In this document: positions 58,549 to 64,000 of the stretch, one piece after another | How positions within the stretch are numbered: position 1 is the first letter of the stretch | Layout: each line of letters begins with the position of its first letter | Notes under the pieces: generated by a model | What the model saw: the letters and a program-made list of their open reading frames with translations, nothing else | The model's database searches: none | What the model was told of the DNA's origin: nothing | Assembly (NCBI RefSeq): GCF_009914755.1 | Contig: NC_060928.1 | Length of the DNA: 64,000 nt | Direction: 5' to 3' (one strand) | Origin: the human T2T-CHM13v2.0 reference genome, Homo sapiens | Position numbers and translations under genes: made by a program

Positions 58549-59937
58549 TAGTTTATGCACATTTTGAACATGTCTTGACCAGATTCTTCTCTTTGGTGGA
58601 GAGGAGGGAGTTGTTGAGAGGGGAAGGGTGTTTGCAGGGAGAGGAGTCATGGCATTTTGAGGATACAGTCCAGGTGTCAGTGATACACATTGCTAGAGGA
58701 TTGGTCTATTTGGAAACATAGATAGAAAATATGTCTATTTTATGCAAGTATATGAGTCATATACTTATTCTTGTACACTTAGAAATGTAGGTTTTTATTT
58801 GTCCTTAATAATATTATACCTGCAGCTGATTTATTCTACCCAAACATGCCAGCTTGCTGTAACATCACCACAGTTATTTCCATTATTTCACAGTAAAGTC
58901 AAAGCAGTCTCAGAATAATGTGATAGATACACTATCACTGAGAAGCTCAAATAGTTACAATATTTTTTGTCATTTTTCCCCCTTAAGACATATCCTACTG
59001 TGGGGGTAATATTCAAAATACTGTATTTTTAAACTCTTACAAAAATTCCTCAGTTAAGTGTTATGCCAACATTCAGTATACTAATTTGTTTCATTTTCTT
59101 GTCTTTACAGAATAAGATTTTAACGACTTCTTTTCATATATATATAATATTTACACAATTCAGAATCATATATATGAACAAAATAAGCCTAAGGAAATTT
59201 AGTTTATATCTTTGTTCTCTGGTTGCCTCTAAACTGCATACTTCAATTCCTCCCTCATATACAAGCGTTTATTAAAAATAATTTGATCATACATATATGT
59301 AAACTCTATGTATGTATATAAATTTTCTCTATATGTATTCCCCATTCTTAGATAAGTAAAGGTATACACAGTTTAATCTGCCTTTACAACATATCTTGAA
59401 GACAACTTCATAAATCATGTATAAAAGTACACCTCATACCTTCTCAGAGCTGCCTAGTACCCTGTTACATCATAGTACTGTGACTTGTTCAACTGTTCTC
59501 TGATTCATAAATATCTGAAGTTCTCTTGGTTTTCTATTGCAAACAATAACCTTGTGTATACTAACGATTCTAATTTAAAAGCAATGCAGGACTACCGTAA
59601 GCAAGAAAGATGCCAGTACTTAGAGGGTTTTGCACTAATTCTCTAACCTGTCGAAATTCAGGATTCTTTCCTTCTGTTGGTTAGACTACATTTGAATTAT
59701 TTTGATTGCATTGAACTACAAATATTTTGATCTTCTGAGTCAAAGACCACTTCAATTACTTTACATATTAAATGCAGTATCATACATTATGTAGCTATTA
59801 CTCACACTCTGAACAATCTTCTGAAATAAGGATAGGACATATGATCACTGCAAAGATATTGAACTCTGCAACTTATGTCATTGAGTACTAGATATCTGGT
59901 AGATTTTGTCTAAAAACAACTCCTCATTTGGGCTACC

Positions 59938-60024
59938 ACATCTTATTAAAATATCTTATTAAAAATATTAAATAAAATATCTTATTAAAGGTATTAAATA
60001 AAATACCTTATTAAAGGTATTTAT
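59938..60024. repeat. AT-rich degenerate tandem repeat (~27-bp unit aaaatatcttattaaaggtattaaat x ~3)
   Basis: Directly visible. Confidence 0.7.
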
Positions 60025-63000
60025 AATTCCTTTAATTACTTCCTGCAAAAAAAATACAGGCTAATTATGAAATCCAGTCACAAATTTTGTTCACATTCTT
60101 TGGATACAAAGGAAAAAATGTTATTTTCCTTTGTTTCTAACTTATAAGTGAAGAAAACATATGCAAATTGTGAGAATGAATTCTTTTCAAACAAAGCAAT
60201 TCCATTTTAGGAAGGGATTTGCAGCTATTACTTGTTTTCCTTTCTAAAATGTAAGATCTATGCTACTTTTTTTTATAATGAGACACAAGAATTTATCAAA
60301 TCTTAAGAACAATGGTTACAGTCTAATAGTCACATTTTTTTTCTGCAAAGAGAAACAATTTCATGTAGTCTAGTTAAGTTCTCATGTCAGATCTAAAGAC
60401 TTTTCTGAGAGTCTTACATAATTGCAGAAACAAAAAAATAATGGAGTGGTTTTGTGAGTTCAAACTTCATCAAATTTGTGTATTAGAATGCCTCCACTCG
60501 CTTGGCCTATTCGGAAGTCCCAGTAGAAAAATATCCAACAGAATTTTTATATTAGAGTGGTTAAATTTACATCTAATGCATATTTGAAAAAGTATACATT
60601 TGCTTATGATTGTCTTTCATACATCTGTGTGACAAATATTGAATATTAATTATATAAATTAATTCCTAGTAATAGTAACCTAATATGTCATTCAATACAT
60701 AAAAAATAAAACTATTTTTTTTACAACTACTATGCTAATTTTGGCCACTTTCTTGAAAACAAGCTAAAAATAATCAGCAACTATCTTGTAGGGATAGCCC
60801 TATGAAATGTATTTTATCCTCCTTAATGTTATTAGGAATACAGTTTAATTTATCAAGAAGGATCTTTTAGTGGAAGAAAGTTGGGAAGAAATTATTTTTT
60901 GTTTTTCTATTCTTCTTTTGAAATGTTTTTCTCTTGATTATGTTTTTATTTTATGAATGCAGTAAACTTTGTAACTAATATGATTTACCTTTTAAAGCTT
61001 TGATTTTTAAAAGGTATGAAAACTAAACTGCAGAGCAATTCTAGTCATATCAGTATAGTTCATATTTCTGAATATGTTTATGTGGTTATCATTGTTTTAC
61101 TTTATCTTTCTCATAAGACATAATTTACTAATATATATCTGATTCACTAATATACTAATTCACTATTTATTATTGAAAAAGGTATATTACCATCAGGTCA
61201 CAATTAATAATGACAAGAATAATAATTATACTCCATGTCCAAGGTCATTCTGTATCCACAATGTCACAAAACTGATTAATTTATTTTTAAACTTTGATAT
61301 GTGAAAAAACAGTCTTTTCATTTTAACTCAACAGATATTTAACAGAATTAGATTTTTTATTAGAAGTTTACATGTCAGAAAAATTTCTTCTTTAATTTAT
61401 TGAAACCTTTCAGCAGGAAACAAAGCATATTTTGTAGGTTGTCAGCAGGAAAATAATTAGTGGGTAAGATGATGACTTCATAACCTGCAATTACGCACAT
61501 AAATGAATTAGAACAAAATGAAGTATTATCAATCTTAATGCACATTACAGAATTGAGAGAAACATTAGTACCATGACAGCAAATTACTTAAGAATCAGTG
61601 ATGTTAGATTTACTAAGATATACTTTAATAATGGTCACCATAGAATGAATTGCTAAATGCCATTCCTACCCGCACAAGTATATCTCACTTTATTTGACCA
61701 CAGAACAGTTGAAAGAGCCTTTGAATGCAACCAGGAGTTGCAATAAGAGGCAATTAATGATCCATAAAAGGGGATCCATCTTTATGTGTAGCTTACTTTA
61801 CTGATTTTTTTTGGGAATGCTAGTCCACATCGAACAAATTAAAATAGTAAAAAACACTCCAAAGAAAGATTCCTATATACAGGACTAATAACTTTGCAGA
61901 AACACAAAAAGCAATCTGGTATTCAGAAGACCTTTGAACTCCAGAAAAAGAGTGCAATCCCTTTTCACAATTTCCCTAAAATAGGAAAGATTATACTGCA
62001 TGATTCAGAGCAAGTTATTTTTATTTGGTTATTAACAGTAACATAAAATGGAAACAATAGCTCGCTAAGCTTGCTAATGTTTGTAAATGATCTCACATTT
62101 TCTTATTCACTTCAAATTAGATTTGCATATACAGTGCAATATTATATAGTCCTGGATGTTATATATTTTACTTACACACTATGAAATAATAGAATACTTA
62201 ATTCATAATAATGTTGTATAACAAGCCTGACCTAGAACTAATTGCCCAGTATGAGAACTTCACTATAATTAGCTGTATATTTGGGACCTTTATTGATCAT
62301 ATCATAAACTGAATAGTTGTAATAAATATCTGTATTTGAGATCCTGGTTTTATGTCCCAAAAGGTTAGCAGACTGCATGTATGACTACTTTATACCTTTC
62401 TGGATTTTCTTTGTTTAAAAAAAAACCTGAAGTAAATGACTATTTTTATATTATTTTTATAAGATTACTGTTCTTCATGTTATAATAGCTTTTATACACT
62501 CTTTGTGTTTCCTTCTTTGTCCTTCTCCCATTGGCTATCTCCCTCCTTGGAATCACATTACATGTGTTTTGGGATTTATTAAGCGACACATATTTCATGT
62601 GTTTTGTGATTTATTAAGTGACACACGTTTCTTTACTGATCAGTTGATATCTGCTTCTTGTTCCTATGATATAACAGTGATTATCTATGTATTTAAATGA
62701 AAATTGTAATTAAATCCTACAGTTTCTGATTCTTGTAACTAATTTTGGAAAAGATAAAAAGACAGATTTTAAAAAATATTTCTTCACTCCATTCGAATAA
62801 CATTTTTCAGAAATAATAGTGCAAAAACCAGTATATGTTCTGAAAATGTTGCCCTTTTACTGAATAGAAAAGATTTTTTCAGAGACACAACTGTTTACAG
62901 CTGTTCAGTTTCAAATAGAGACTAATGCATGGACAATAATGAAAAAAAAAAAACACTTTCGATGAAAATGCTGTAGGAATATCGATGCATATCACTTGAT

Positions 63001-63129
63001 TTCTTTTATGCCATAATAGTTCATTCCTTTATTTCATCTCTTAAGCTACCAAAATTTCATCAAATCATGGGCAAGGAATCTGCTTCAGTTTCAATCACCA
63101 GTGCATTAAAGAGTCACATCCAGGGTAGA

Positions 63130-63790
63130 CTTTGGTAAGAGGTTTTAATTGTGTCAAATAATTTTATGCATATGTTCAGATCTTATAGTTTTTTTCTTTA
63201 TTCTGTTAATGTGGATGAATCCATCAATTGACCTTTCAAATGTTAGATCATTGAAATTCTTTAGATAAACCCCTACATGTATTTATCCTTCTCCTATATT
63301 TTATTTTATCTGCTAATATTGCTTTAAGGGTTTTGGGATTTACATTTATTAGGGTTAGTAATAGGCAGTTTTATTTCTTGTTACTTGTTTACCTTGTTTT
63401 GGTAGCAGAGCAATGATGATGTTTTAAAATGAGGTGGGAAGTGCTATTGTATTTTCTATTTTCTATAAAACATTGTGTAGAACTGTGATTATTTCTTCCT
63501 TAAATGTTGGATAAACTTTATCATGAAGCCATCTGGGTCTAAAATTTTTAAAAGATTTTATCAATAGGCATAAGGCTATTACTTGGGGCTTTTCCTATTA
63601 ATTTTTAGTCAGTATCAGTAATGTGTTTTTTTAAAACATTGGATCATTTTATCTAAATCATCAAATTTATAGGCAGATTTTTCCCCATTAATCCTTTGTT
63701 GTTAAAGTTTCTCTTTCATTTCTAATTTTGTGATTTGTACCTTTTCTCTTTTCTTGCTTTTAAGTCAAAACAGAAATTTATCCATTTTAG
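63130..63790 (-). mobile_element. Old L1M ORF2 fragment
   Basis: tttcttccttaaatgttggataaac...gaagccatctgggtct matches antisense L1 ORF2. Confidence 0.6.
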
Positions 63791-63814
63791 TGTTTTATTG
63801 TAAAAAAACTGTTC

Positions 63815-64000
63815 TTAAACACAGTGCCTATAGTTAACAATACAGTACTGTGCACTTCAAAATTTGTTAAGAAGGTAGATTTCTTTTTAAATATTCTTAC
63901 CATACACAGAGAAAAACAAAAACCAAATCTAAGTGACACAAGAAAACTGTAGGAGGTGTTAGATATGTCTATTACCTTGTTTCTGATGATGTTATCACAG
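63815..64000 (+). mobile_element. L1MB/MC-type 3'UTR fragment running off the window
   Basis: ctatagttaacaatacagtactgtgcacttcaaaatttgttaagaaggtagat...gaaaactgtaggaggtg. Confidence 0.65.

Overview
This is AT-rich, repeat-dense primate (human-like) DNA from an intergenic or deep intronic region. I can support no host protein-coding exon or RNA gene, and the ORF track is explained by transposon remnants and simple repeats. Main landmarks: a two-LTR HERV-H/LTR7 provirus of the internally deleted type (9678-15902, CTATA target-site duplication, tRNA-His PBS); a near-full-length decayed L1PB-like LINE (~26250-34960) with nested LTR30-like and LTR12 solo LTRs and two Alus; further L1s carrying MER11 and MER52 LTRs, an AluY and a MADE1; a full-length Tigger1; and MST, MLT2A, L2 and MIR fragments. 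The most unusual structures are: (1) a perfectly homogeneous, self-complementary 25-bp minisatellite inside old L1 ORF2, dense in SOX/DMRT-like motifs; (2) a 1.4-kb Alu-unique-Alu block bounded by one 14-bp duplication; (3) a twin-primed L1 that shares one TSD pair with a downstream Alu (possible 3' transduction); (4) a ~250-bp local copy of a decayed L1 piece lying between TA-rich tracts; and (5) 5' regulatory lesions in the HERV-H. I see no convincing evidence of a wholly new gene system. Family and subfamily names come from recalled consensus sequences and need RepeatMasker/Dfam confirmation.
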